A DNA stretch of 64,000 nucleotides, taken from contig JAUCBJ010000941.1 of assembly GCA_032718475.1 (NCBI GenBank), positions 26,043 to 90,042 on the forward strand. The letters run 5' to 3'. The translations under genes were made by a program, and so were the position numbers. Below, piece by piece: positions 1-14,500 of this stretch; positions within the stretch are counted from its first letter, which is position 1; each line of letters starts with the position of its first letter. Below the pieces are notes generated by a model, which saw only the letters and a program-made list of their open reading frames with translations, did no database searches and was not told where the DNA came from. Origin of the DNA: Nemertoderma westbladi. Its lineage: Eukaryota > Animalia > Xenacoelomorpha.

Positions 1-870
1 TACAGTGCACTAATATAATCGCCATTTTAATGGTAAAGTATGGGACAATTTTCAATTGGCCGCCATGAAAATTCTGAGGGAGTGAAGATGAAACTAATTG
101 TTTTATACGATGACGCAACACAAACGTACTTTGCATTCCACTGGGTGATTAGGCTGAGTTACATCTCTGTGAATAAACTAAAAATTTCACTATTTTAGGT
201 AAAGTATGGGACATCACATGATTAACTTTATCGATTTCATTACAAAGGAATGAAACACTGGTGAAATTAAATGAAACCAAAAAAATTCGAAAATGGGTTT
301 GTTTTTGATTTGGTACATGCTCAGAAATGTTAATTTATTGGTCATAGGAAGTGCCTACAGGAAACGAAACTTTTGCACACTTTTATTCACATTTTGTGCA
401 GAGCAGGTGCATAATTTGTAATTCGACTATTTTTGAGAAACCACCTGTGTTGATACAATTTTTAGCACTGAATTCATAAAGTACGATAAATTTCGACCTA
501 AAATAAGTATAAATTAAAAGCTAGATCTAATTTTTCGAAATTAGTGGGGAGGTTGACCTTTTCATGGAATGAGCCTATTATGAAATATTTCATCAATTCG
601 CTTTCACTCCATCGTGTTAATATTCCCACGAGAGCAGGATTCGGAATATGTACAGTGTACAGTGTACACACCATCCCTGTTAGTACAACTATAATAGGAA
701 CTACTATAACGAACAAACGTTGTATAACAATTATTATTATGAATATTATTACAAACCAAATTGACATGACACCAAATCCAGGGGTAACAACCACACTACA
801 GGGGGCTAATGACGGTGAAATCCCGGTGAAATAATATTTTCTCGGCGAAATAACATTGACATTACCATTA

Positions 871-1663
871 ACTGTTTTTTTGCGCAATAGGGGTTATTTG
901 GGGTTCTGGTTTCGATGGAATATATACGGGTTGCACCAGGCGTATCAAACTTGTATTTTTCGGTGCTGTGTGTAAAATTTGGTGCCAGCATGAAATTTTT
1001 AAAATCCATTCAATAGATTAAATTGCTTGTGACAACTTATTTCCTGCGTTTTAGAGGTTTATGGCGGTTCTGAATACAATGGAATAAATAATTATCTAAC
1101 GAGACATCTTAAACCTGTATTTTTCGGAAGTGGGTGCAAAATTTGGCGCTAGCACCAAATTTTGAAAACCATCAAATATATCAATTGATTGTGTAACCGT
1201 TTCTTGCGTTACAAGGGTTTGTAAGGGTTCTGAATTCAATGGTATATGTAAAAATTGCATAAGAGTATTCAAACTTGTATTTTTCGCCGGTGGGTGAAAA
1301 TTGTTGTAACAGCGGCACCAAAATTTTGAAAATAAGAAAATTTTCAAGAAAATTCAGTAGATAGTATCATCTTGTTTCTTGCGTTATACGGGTTTGTGGG
1401 GGTCCTGAATCCGATGGAATCAATAAAAACTACACTGGACATCTCAAACTTGTACTTTTTGGTTATCGGTACGAAATTTGGTGCTAGCACCAAAATTTGC
1501 CATATTACGCCGAAAAATACAAGTAGCAATGATCTGGCAAATTAGGAATGTATTCCATTAGAATCAGCGCCGCAGAAAACCTATAAATGTGAATTTATAG
1601 CATCGTATAAGTGAATTAAAAATTTTGTGTACAAACCGAAAAGTGCTGGTTTACTTTTTTTTT
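871..1663 (+). mobile_element. Internal fragment of the piggyBac-like non-autonomous element also found at 49274-50824
   Basis: Colinear similarity to about 49687-50470, including the recurring AAACTTGTATTTTTCG...GGTGCTAGCACCAAA subrepeats; the termini are missing. Confidence 0.8.
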
Positions 1664-2330
1664 TTACTAGATTTTACTACTTTTACTCTATTTATTTTTC
1701 TACTAGGATTTACTAGAGTTTCTAAATTACCTGTCGAATATATAAACTGGTCATTCACGGTGGTGAATTTATCTCAATTTTATAACAAAACACCAACGCT
1801 TGCGATCTGGGATAATATAATAATTATTTACTAGTTATAATTAGTATATGGTCAATGGGCAGGGCATAACGTGTACTATATTATATAAATTAAGTGTTTA
1901 GTGAGGCTGAACCCAACCAAATGCAAATATTCTGGGAAAAAAGTAGTCAGTCAGTTCAGCATATAGATACTCATAAAATTATAGCTCTGCTTTAGACTCT
2001 ATCATATTCATAATATGAATGAATATGATACAAACTATGAAAACATTAATTGTATTGTATTCCATTACATTTGCTTATGTTTAAATTTGTTTGAATTTAA
2101 AAGAAAATTTAAATTGATGTTTTTTTTTTTAATTTACATTAATTGTAAATTTTGTCAACAATTAGTTGAAATCAATAGCCGGCCAAAAAAATGAAATCCG
2201 GCCGGAGCCGGAACCGGATTTTTTTTTCACAAAATTCGTAAAACCCCTAGTTTTTGCCAATAGCAGCCCTCCCCTTAATATCTGCTGTACCAAATATTCC
2301 CGTCCAACATATTAAATACTAATAACTTAC

Positions 2331-2527
2331 AGCGTAGTTATCTTCCTCGTCTCCCTCTATAACGGCTTCCTGAACACAGAAGATTTGCCCAAGGAAGTGG
2401 AGGACAAAACGTTTCAGCCATAATGGGACCGGAGTGTCGTACTGGCCTCTATAGTGAATGTCGAGAACCACAACAGTGAGGACAGTAGACATGGTAATAA
2501 GTACAATTACTGCGAAATAGTACTGAG
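2331..2527 (-). CDS. Exon 11: M3 and start of the intracellular loop (MX helix)
   Basis: (A)[65 protein letters not shown]; acceptor tttcag|, donor |GTAAGT. Confidence 0.95.
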
Positions 2528-5500
2528 CTGAAATATAATAAAACGACTGCAGTTAATGGGATACAAAGTCAACTTGAGATAGAAGGGTAAGGCTATTTTT
2601 ATTTTAATCGGCTATTCTGCATATATTATGAAAATACAAATATCTGTCTGTATGAGCTAACAGAAAGATTTACAATATGAAAATACTCAACTAGTCCGTA
2701 TTGTAATCTACGATGCACAAATATAAAAGGAAAGTCCAACTAACCCAAATATGGAACAGATTCGGATGTGGAAGGCATCTTATCAGCAACCATAAGCAGA
2801 AACACAGTTAGTGCTAACAGCACCGTTAGTTGCATTCCGATCTACAGTAAATCCCGAGAAAAACAGAACGTTGAATTAAGTGAAAACATACCAGCAGCTC
2901 TGGTTGAAAACCAGAAATAAATAGAATACTCTAATACAATCCTCGTTACGTTCGGTTGGCAATATAAACAAATAAAAATATAAACGGATGATGTCGGATG
3001 ACATCTACGGCCACATCTACAGCCACATCTACGGCTACATCTACGGCCACATCTACGGCCACATCTACGGCCACATCTACGGCTACATATACGGCCACAT
3101 CTACGGCTACATCTACGGCCACATCTACGGCCACATCTACGGCCGCATCTACGGCCACATCTACGGCTACATCTACGGCTACATCTACGGCCACATCTAC
3201 GGCCACATCTACGGCCACATCTACGGCTACATCTACGGCCACATCTACGGCCACATCTACGGCCACATCTACGGCCACATCTACGGCCACATCTACGGCC
3301 ACATCTACGGCTACATCTACGGCTACATCTACGGCTACATCTACGGCCACATCTACGGCCACATCTACGGCCACATCTACGGCCACGTCTACGGCCACAT
3401 CTACGGCCACATCTACGGCCACATCTACGGCTACATCTACGGGCATATCTACGGCCACATCTACGGCCACATCTTCGGCTACATCTACGGCTACATCTAC
3501 GGCCACATCTACGGCCACATCTACGGCCACATCTACGGCCACATCTACGGCCACATCTACGGCTACATCTACGGCCACATCTATGGCCACATCTACGCCT
3601 CATCTACGGCCACATCTACGGCTACATCTACGGCCACATCTACGGCCACATCTACGGCTACATCTACGGGTACGGCCACATCTACGGCTACATCTACGGC
3701 CACATCTACGGCTACATCTACGGGCACATCTACGGCCACATATACGGCCACATCTACGGCTACATCTACGGCTACATCTACGGCCACATCTACGGCCACA
3801 TCTACGGCTACATCTACGGCCACATCTACGGCCACATCTACAGCCACATCTACGGCCACATCTACAGGCACATCTACAGCCACATCTACGGCCACATATA
3901 CAGCCACATCTACGGCCACATATACGGCCACATCTACGGCCACATATACGGCCACATCTACGGCTACATCTACGGCCACATCTACGGCCACATCTACGGC
4001 TACATCTAAGGCCACATCTACGGCCACATCTACGGCTACATCTACGGCCATATCTACGGCCACATCTACGGCCACATCTACGACCACATCTACGGCTACA
4101 TCTACGGCCACATCTACGGCCACATCTACAGCCACATCTACGGCCACATCTACAGCCACATCTACGGCTACATCTACGGCCATATCTACGGCTACATCTA
4201 CGGCCACATCTACGGCCACATCAACGGCCACATCTACGGCCACATCTACGGCCACATCTACGACCACATCTATGGCCACATCTATGGCCACATCTATGGC
4301 CATGCTGTCCCTATCGAAAATTGGAACCGTTCTAGTTGTAAGCGATGCTTTGTATTTATAATTTAAATTAAATACGAATAGGCCTAATACTAACCTTCTC
4401 CCCACTGTCTGCTGGTAGATAGAATCCGATAAGAGCAAGGAATGTGATGAGGATACAAGGGAGGATGATGTTGAAGAAATAATAGGTAGACCGGCGCCGG
4501 ATCTGCATAACGAAGTTCACCTCGGGATAAGGATTAACGCAACAGTCGTAGTTCCGATCTATAAGACTCGACTAAAAAAACAATGGATCCCAGGGTATAG
4601 CCTTCTATACACAATGGATCCCAAGGTATAGCCTCCTATACACAATGGATCCCAGGGTACCGCCTCCTATACACAATGGATCCCAGGGTATTGCCTTCTA
4701 TACACAATGGATCCCAGGGTATCGCATTCTATACACAATGGATCCCAGGGTATCGCATCCTATACACAATGGATCCCAGGGTATCGCCTCCTATACACAA
4801 TGGATACCAGGATATTGCATCCTATACACAATGGATCCCAGGGTATCGCATCCTATACACAATGGATCCCAGGGTATCGCCTCCTATACACAATGGATCC
4901 CAGGGTATCGTATCCTATACACAATGGATCCCAGAGTATCGCATCCTATACACAATGGATCCCAGGGTATCGCATCCTATACACAATGGATCCCAGGGTA
5001 TCGCATCCTATACACAATGGATCCCAGGGTATCGCCTCCTATACACAATGGATCCCAGGGTAGATCTCCTATACACAATGGATCCCAGGGTATCGCATCC
5101 TATACACAATGGATCCCAGGGTATCGCCTCCTATACACAATGGATCCCAGGGTATCGCCTCCTATACACAATGGATCCCAGGGTATCGCATCCTATACAC
5201 AATGGATCCCAGGGTATCGCCTCCTATACACAATGGTTCCCAGGGTATCGTATCCTATACATAATGGATCCAGGGTATCGTATCCTATGCACAATGGATC
5301 CCAGGGTATCGCATCCTATACACAATGGATCCCAGGGTATCGCCTCCTATACACAATGGTTCCCAGGGTATCGTATCCTATACATAATGGATCCCAGGGC
5401 CAGAGTATCGTCTCCTATACACAATGGATCCCAGGGTATCGCCTCTTAACACAATGGATCCCAGGGTATCGCACCCTATACACAATGGATCCCAGGGTAT

Positions 5501-8500
5501 CACATCCTATACACAATGGATCCCAGGGTATCGCATCCTATACACAATGGATCCCAGGGTATCGCCTCCTATACACAATGGTTCCCAGGGTATCGCCTCC
5601 TATACACAATGGTTCCCAGGGTATCGTATCCTATACATAATGGATCCCAGGGCCAGAGTATCGTCTCCTATACACAATGGATCCCAGGGTATCGCCTCCT
5701 ATACACAATGGATCCCAGGGTATCGCCTCCTATACACAATGGTTCCCAGGGTATCGTATCCTATACATAATGGATCCCAGGGCCAGAGTATCGTCTCCTA
5801 TACACAATGGATCCCAGGGTATCGCCTCTTAACACAATGGATCCCAGGGTATCGCACCCTATACACAATGGATCCCAGGGTATCACATCCTATACATAAT
5901 GGATCCAGGGTACCGTATCCTATACACAAGGGATCCCAGGGTACCGCTTCCTATACACAATGGATACCAGGGTATCGCATCCTATACAGAATGGATCCCA
6001 GGGTATCGCATCCTATACACAATGGATCCCAGGGTATCGAATCATATACACCATGGATCCCAGGGTATCGCATCCTAAACACAATGGATCCCAGGGTATC
6101 GCCTCCTATACACAATGGATCCCAGGGTATCGCATCCTATACACAATAGATCCCAGGGTATCGCCTCCTATACACAATGGATCCCATAGTATCGCATCCT
6201 ATACACAATGGATCCCAGGGTACCGCCTCCTATACACAATGGATCCCATGGTATCGCATCCTATACACAATGGATCCCAAGGTATAGCCTCCTATACACA
6301 ATGGATCCCAGGGTATCGCATCCTATACACAATGGATCCCAAAGGCATCGCATCCTATACACCATGGATCCGAGGGTACCGCATCCTATACACCATGGAT
6401 CCCAGGGTACCGCCTCCTATACACAATGGATCCCAGGGTATCGCATCCTATACACAATGGATCCCAGGGTATCGAATCATATACACCATGGATCCCAGGG
6501 TATCGCATCCTATACACAATGGATCCCAGGGTATCGCATCCTATACACAATGGATCCCAGGGTATCGAATCATATACACCATGGATCCCAGGGTATCGCA
6601 TCCTAAACACAATGGATCCCAGGGTATCGCCTCCTATACACAATGGATCCCAGGGTATCGCATCCTATACACAATAGATCCCAGGGTATCGCCTCCTATA
6701 CACAATGGATCCCATAGTATCGCCCCTATACACAATGGATCCCAGGGTATCGCCTCCTATACACAATGGATCCCAGGGTATCGCATCCTATACACAATGG
6801 ATCCCAAGGTATAGCCTCCTATACACAATGGATCCCAGGGTATCGCATCCTATACACAATGGATCCCAAAGGCATCGCATCCTATACACCATGGATCCGA
6901 GGGTACCGCATCCTATACACCATGGATCCCAGGGTACCGCCTCCTATACACAATGGATCCCAGGGTATCGCATCCTATACACAATGGATCCCAGGGTATC
7001 GCATCCTATACACAATGGATCCCAGGGTAGATCTCCTATACACAATGGATCCCAGGGTATCGCCTCCTATACACAATGGATCCCAGGGTAACGCATCCTA
7101 TACACCATGGATCCCAGGGTACCGCTTCCTATACACAATGGATCCCAGGGTATCGCATCCTATACACAATGGATCCCAGGGTATCGCATCCTATACACAA
7201 TGGATCCCAGGGTATCGCATCATATACACAATGGATCCCAGGGTAACGCATCCTATACACAATGGATCCCAGGGTAACGCATCCTATACACCATGGATCC
7301 CAGGATACCGCTTCCTATACACAATGGATCCCAGGGTATCGCATCCTATACACAATGGATCCCAGGGTATCGCCCCCTATACACCATGGATCCCATAGTA
7401 TCGCATCATATACACCATGGATCCCAGGGTATCGCATCCTAAACACAATGGATCCCAGGGTATCGCCTCCTATACACAATGGATCCCAGGGTATCGCATC
7501 CTATACACAATAGATCCCAGGGTATCGCCTCCTATACACAATGGATCCCAGGGTATCGCCTCCTATACACAATGGATCCCAGGGTATCGCATCCTATACA
7601 CAATGGATCCCAAGGTATAGCCTCCTATACACAATGGATCCCAGGGTATCGCATCCTATACACAATGGATACCAAATGCATCGCATCCTATACACCATGG
7701 ATCCCAGGGTATCGCATCCTAAACACAATGGATCCCAGGGTATCGCCTCCTATACACAATGGATCCCAGGGTAGATCTCCTATACACAATGGATCCCAGG
7801 GTATCGTATCCTATACACAAAGGATCCCAGGGTATCGTATCCTATACACAATGGATCCCAGGGTACCGCCTCCTATACACAATGGATCCCAGGGTATCGC
7901 CTCTTATACACAATGGATCCCAGGGTATCGCATCCTATACACACTGGACCCCAGGGTATCGCATCCTATACACAATGGATCCCAGGGTACAGCCTCCTAT
8001 ACACAATGGATCCAAAGGTATCGCATCCTATACACAATGGATCCTAGGGTACCGCCTCCTATACACAATGGATCCCAGGGTATCGCCTCCTATACACAAT
8101 GGATCCCAGGGTATTGCATCCTATACACAATGGACCCCAGGGTATCGCATCCTATACACAATGGATCCCAGGGTACCGCCTCCTATACACAATGAATCCC
8201 AGGGTATCGCTTCCTATACACAATGGATCCCAGGGTATCGCCCCCTATACACCATGGATCCCATAGTATCGCATCCTATACACAATGGATCCCAGGGTAC
8301 CGCCTCCTATACACAATGGATCCCAGGGTATCGCATCCTATACACAATGGATCCCAGGGTAGATCTCCTATACACAATGGATCCCAGGGTATCGCCTCCT
8401 ATACACAATGGATCCCAGGGTATCGCCTCCTCTTACACAATGGATCCCAGGGTATCGCATCCTATAAACAATGGATCCCAAGGTATAGCCTCCTATACAC

Positions 8501-11500
8501 AATGGATCCCAGGGTATCGCATCCTATAAACAATGGATCCCAAGGTATAGCCTCATATACACAATGGATCCCAGGGTATCGCATCCTATACACAATGGAT
8601 CCCAAGGTATTGCATCCTATACACAATGGATCCCAGGGAATCGCATCCTATACACAATGGATCCCAGGGTACCGCCTCCTATACACAATGGATCCCAGGG
8701 TATCGCATCCTATACACAATGGATCCCAGGGTATCGCCTCCTATACACAATGGATCCCAGGGTATCGCATCCTATACACAATGGATCCCAGGGTACAGCC
8801 TCCTATACACAATGGACCCCAGGGTATCGCCTCCTATACACAATGGATCCCAGGGTATCGCATCCTATACACAATGGATCCCAGGGTATCGCCTCCTATA
8901 CACAATTGATCCCAGGGTATCGCATCCTATACACAATGGATCCCTGGGTATCGCCTCCTATACACAATGGATCCCAAGGTATCGCATCCTATAAACAATG
9001 GATCCCAGGGAATCGCATCCTATACACAATGGATCCCAGGGTAGATCTCCTCTACACAATGGATCCCAGGGTATCGCATCCTATACACAATGGATCCCAA
9101 GGTATCGCATCCTATACACAATGGATCCCAGGGTATCGCATCCTATACACAATGGATCCCATAGTATCGCATCCTATACACAATGGATCCCAGGGTACCG
9201 CCTCCTATACACAATGGATCCCAGGGTAACGCATCCTATACACCATGGATCCCAGGGTATCGCATCCTATACACAATGGATCCCATAGTATCGCATCCTA
9301 TACACAATGGATCCCAGGGTACCGCCTCCTATACACAATGGATCCCAGGGTAAATCTCCTGTACACAATGGATCCAGGGTAGATATCTCCTATACACAAT
9401 GGATCCAGGGTAGATATATCCTATACACAATGGATCCAGGGTAGATATATCCTATACACAATGGATCCAGGGTAGATATATCCTATACACAATGGATCCC
9501 TGGGTAGATATCTCCTATACACAATGGATCCCAGGGTAGATCTCCTATACACAATGGATCCCAGGGTAGATCTCCTATACACAATGAATCTAGTAGTAGG
9601 CCTTGATCTGAAATATGTTAGAAATTAACTAAACTAAAAGCTTCGATTATTTAGTTTAAAAATCAACAAAAGCCGTTGTGAGTTTACCGGAAGTTGGTTG
9701 GTATAATTTTTATCTTCCTGGGAAATTAGCAATCACGTCATCCCTAAATATGGTGAAAAACAACGAAAAAACAAGATTACAACATATTATTGCCTCACGT
9801 TTTCTGACTTACATTGAAAAATTCAAGATCCCACTCCCCATTTGGCACGTAGAGTTCTGTATCTCCCTCTAACACCTCGAAATCAATACCAGTTTTATCG
9901 AAATCCCACGAGGTCATTGTAATAGCACAGTGTTGTACATCGAATGGGAAGTGGAGTGTGTTCACTTTACATGAAGTCCTGATGACATCCGGTCGCATCC
10001 ATGATAGTGTTCCGTCGTACGTCGCCCAGATTCGAGTTGGCCAAATTTCTGGAATCTCGAAAGGCGCTGCCCTGAGTAATTAATAAACTTATTATTTATT
10101 ATTTCTTATTTATTTATTTCCTCCAAAATTATAAAATAAAAATAACGCACAATACCCTACAAAATAAACATTTACATACAACAATAATAAACATTTACTT
10201 ATGATTCTCAAATTTTTCGCTTAAACAAAAACGTATAAACAATAAAAAACGTTAAAATAATCACAAACTAAAAATAAATAATATATCTATTTATTAGATG
10301 GAAAACAAACAATTTGCGACTTTTCCCGTTGATCTCGAGACATAATTTATCAAGCGAATGTCTGCGATCGATGTCAATTCTCTGAGTCTTAAGGGAAATA
10401 AAGGGAAATTGTTTTACATCAAATACGTAATTTTATTCATAAAAGTACAAAATTTTCGTTCACTGAACTCCATCCCCTCGACTCGTTTATTCTGAATAAT
10501 ATATATATATATTATCTCAAATATCAATAAGAAATATTTATATTGATCGTTTGTAATCAATAAATATTTAGCTTCAACAAACAATACACAAACTGGACGG
10601 ATTATTTTGTCTTGCTATATTGGTGGTTGTGTCCTTCCCTTCCTGCGCTCTTTAGCGGGATAGCAAGGCACTTCTTGTAATAATAAATCAATTTTATATT
10701 ATTAAATTGAAATTACTTACGAGTTAATAATGATAATATCAGGCCTCCAAACATTGTTAGGCGGAAGAAGTACGGCAGTTATTCCACCATGTTTCAAAGG
10801 GTTCCATGATAAATATGGATCTCTCCATTTCTACATATTAAATATAATAATATAACAACTACTTACTATTAATTAATCAACTTTTCGTAATTTACATACA
10901 CCCAGTAGTAGGTAGTAGGTATAGTCTTAGCAAATCATGTTTTGAGCCTGTTTCAAAATTCGATTTGGTAACGTATGAAAAATTAGCAACTTTGGACAGC
11001 ATTAGCTCAAACAGATGTGGCTTTAAATCAAACAAAGTTTGTGATAGGACATAGCTGGGAGTGTCGGCTTTCCACAAAGTGAAACATTTGATTATATGCA
11101 TATAGGCATTCTCATTTGCTTGAGCTTAGAATGCAAAGTATCGCATGGAACGCAGAAAAATGGCTTATCAATAAAACCTCTAACTCTACCGTTAAACTTA
11201 TTTTAACCAAGACAAGTAGCTGTGCTAATCACCGGTACAACAGTCACACCATAGATCGATTTACACTATACAGTATGCACTACTGTACTAACTCGGTACA
11301 GTACACAACAACTAATTAGAACATTAATTATTGTTTTTTGCTACGATTGGTTTTATATTTTCATATTGCACTTTGTTAATAGCACAATTGTATAACACAG
11401 GTAGCTTCAATCCTCTCAAAATTATTAAATTTAGAATCCTGTTAAAAATTTATTTAATTTAAAATGTTGACCTTAAAAACAGTAGAATCTCGATGTAACA

Positions 11501-14500
11501 AATGTTACAAGATGTTTTAATTTGTTAATAAATTTAGTAACGTATGGAAAAACGTTAGGTATGGAAAATAACTTTGAACTCCAATAAATCTGCTGGCATC
11601 CAGAATGACGGACTGATATTTTATACAGTTGTGGACCATGACATAAATTACAACTTTTGAAGGTTACAAAGCCTTCCCTTTCCATTTACCACTTCTGTGA
11701 TAAAGATTCGAAGTCAAAGTAACGTATGGAAGTAACGTATGGACTGAAAATTGGACAAGCCATTGCATTATTGAAATGTACATCAGAGTTTGGAACATTT
11801 GTGTTTTGGACTTGGTATCTGGTATCATGCCATAATACATTCTTACTTTGGATTAGATACAAGGACTACTTCTGTTAATAGTTTTTTCAATGTTGTTTGT
11901 AATTCTTGAAATTCTATGAAATTTTTTCCCTAATACAGCTGCTCAGCTTATTACTGTTAATTATCAGCTTAGATAAACAATCACTAATGGTTTCCCACAC
12001 TTTAATCTATTATCTACAGTACAACATTCTATCATAAAAAATAAACAGTGTCGGCGTACCCAGCAACTTAGCGCCCCCCAGATATCACGGTTAGCCACAC
12101 ATAGTGCCGGCGTACCCAGCAACATACCGGACCCACATCTCGCGGTCCGCCACACACAGTGTCGGCGGACTCAGCAACATAGCGCCCCAGATCTCGCGGT
12201 CAGCCACACACAGTGCCGGCGGACCCAGCAACATAGCGCCCCCAGATCTCGCGGTCAGCCACGGCGGACCCAGCAACATAGCGCCCCAGATCTAACGGTC
12301 AGCCACACACAGTGTCGGCGGACCCAGCAACATAGCGCCCCAGATCTCGCGGTCAGCCACACACAGTGCCGGCGGACCCAGCAACATAGCGCCCCCAAAT
12401 CTCGCGGTCAGCCACGGCGGACCCAGCAACATAGCGCCCCAGATCTCGCGGTCAGCCACACACAGTGCCGGCGGACCCAGCAACATAGCGCCCCCAGATC
12501 TCGCGGTCAGCCACGGCGGACCCAGCAACATAGCGCCCCAGATCTAACGGTCAGCCACACACAGTGTCGGCGGACCCAGCAACATAGCGCCCCCAGATCT
12601 CGCGGTCCGCCATACATAGTGCCGGCGTACCCAGCAATATAGCGGCCCTAGATCTCACGGTCAGCCACACACAGTGCCGGCGGACCCAGCAATATAGCGA
12701 CCCCAGATCTCGCGGCCAGCCACACACAGTGTCGGCGGACCCAGCAACATAGCGCCCCCAGATCTCGCGGTCCGCCATACATAGTGCCGGCGTACCCAGC
12801 AACTTAGCGCCCCCCAGATCTCGCGGTAAGCCACACACAGTGTCGGCGTACCCTGCAACATAGCGACCCCAGATCTCACGGTCAGCCACACACAGTGCCG
12901 GCGGACCCAGCAACATAGCGCCCCCAGATCTCGCGGTCCGCCATACATAGTGCCGGCGTACCCAGCAACTTAGCGCCCCCCAGATCTCACGGTTAGCCAC
13001 ACACAGTGCCGGCGTACCCAGCAACTTAGCGCCCCCCAGATCTCACGGTCAGCCACACACAGTGCCGGCGGACCCAGCAACATAGCGCCCCCAGATCTCA
13101 CGGTCAGCCACACACAGTGCCGGTGGACCCAGCAACATAGCGATCCCAGATCCCACGGTCAGCCACACAGTGTAACACTCGACGATATAACACTTCATTG
13201 CTTATGTGTGAATCATAAACAAAGTTGTTCACCCTGCGCAGCATCCTGGTGTATGTAACATCCAGAGACAGGGTGTCTTCAAGCAGTTTGAGCCCCGCAT
13301 ACTGCCTTAGAGCAGCACATTTCCCACCGCTGCACGGAAAAGGCGCACCCTTAAAGTGCTCTTCCTGCATATCACAGCTCTTCCAGATCCTGCATAGTTG
13401 GTGGATGGCAGACCAGGCTTTCCGGCGATCAGGCTTTGAGATCTTGACCAGACCTCCGAACTCATAATCCAAGGTGGCAGAAAGTTATTCACAGGACTAA
13501 CCAGTCCATTCAGCGATTGAATGTTATTAAGATTAATTTTCTGGTGGTCTGAGTCCAAATGTTTACTGTCAGATTCCTCTACGGTAGATAACAGCTTCTG
13601 TGCTCCTTCCAGTGCCTCTGTCAGTAGACCAACGTCATAAGAAGAGTCACGATCGGTTAGGTGTTCTGATGGAGACACACGACAACGACTACCTGATTTA
13701 AAGGATTACCTATATTTCAACCCCATCAGCAATATTAATATCGAGGGTTCATTGCACTTTAGAACCAGACTTCAAAAGAACCATATCGAGAGATGTCCGC
13801 AGCACATTCATGACGTACTTGAGATACGAACCGCCTAACCGCTGCAGACCTCCGAAATTTAGTGGGCCATATATATTTATCTTAGTTAAAATCCCTAAAA
13901 CAGTAGGTCTAGCGTGGCGAAAGTACTTGGCCATAACTATAATTATGTCCTCTTTCAGATGAGGCAAATAAAATTAATTAGTTCCAGCAGTTTTCGAATT
14001 ATGGGGAGTTCATGGCACCCATTTCAGCACCTTCCGGAAATGAAAAAATATACACAAAATGCGCGTGAAGACTTTGGTAATAACCATTATGATTTTTTGG
14101 TGTGTTGAATTGATTTCATTATTAATAATCAAAGGTGAGATTAGAAGTCAAAACACCGACTTAAAATAGACAGTAGACACTAGGTTATTATTAATAATGA
14201 ATTATTCAACACAACAAAAATCATATGATTATATCAAAGTCTTTAAAGGAAGGGGTACTTTTTTCAATTCCAAAAGGCGCTGATATTGGTGCTAGGAACT
14301 CCTCATATCTCGAAAACTGCTGGAGCTATTCAATTTTTATTTGCCTCATCTGAAAGAGGAGATAATTCTAGTTATGGCCAAGTACTTTCGACGCGCTAGA
14401 CCTACTGTTTTAGGGACTCTAACTAAGATAAATAACTGGAACACTAAATTTAGGAGCTGTACAGCGGCTTGGCGGGTCGTATGTAGGTCATGACACATAG

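Noticed and set aside
498-887. Hydrophobic ORF (VIQRLFVIVVPII) as the missing M4 exon
   Set aside because: It lacks the W..vA.V.DR signature and a convincing in-phase acceptor, and AT-rich DNA readily gives such peptides. M4 more likely lies left of the window.
2842-9288. Long ORFs ([27 protein letters not shown] repeats)
   Set aside because: They are translations of 12- and 31-bp minisatellites open in several frames, and they lie in introns of the receptor gene.
4581-9587. CRISPR-like array (31-bp period; also the 42- and 48-bp arrays)
   Set aside because: Units are head-to-tail with no unique spacers, there are no cas genes, and the context is eukaryotic.
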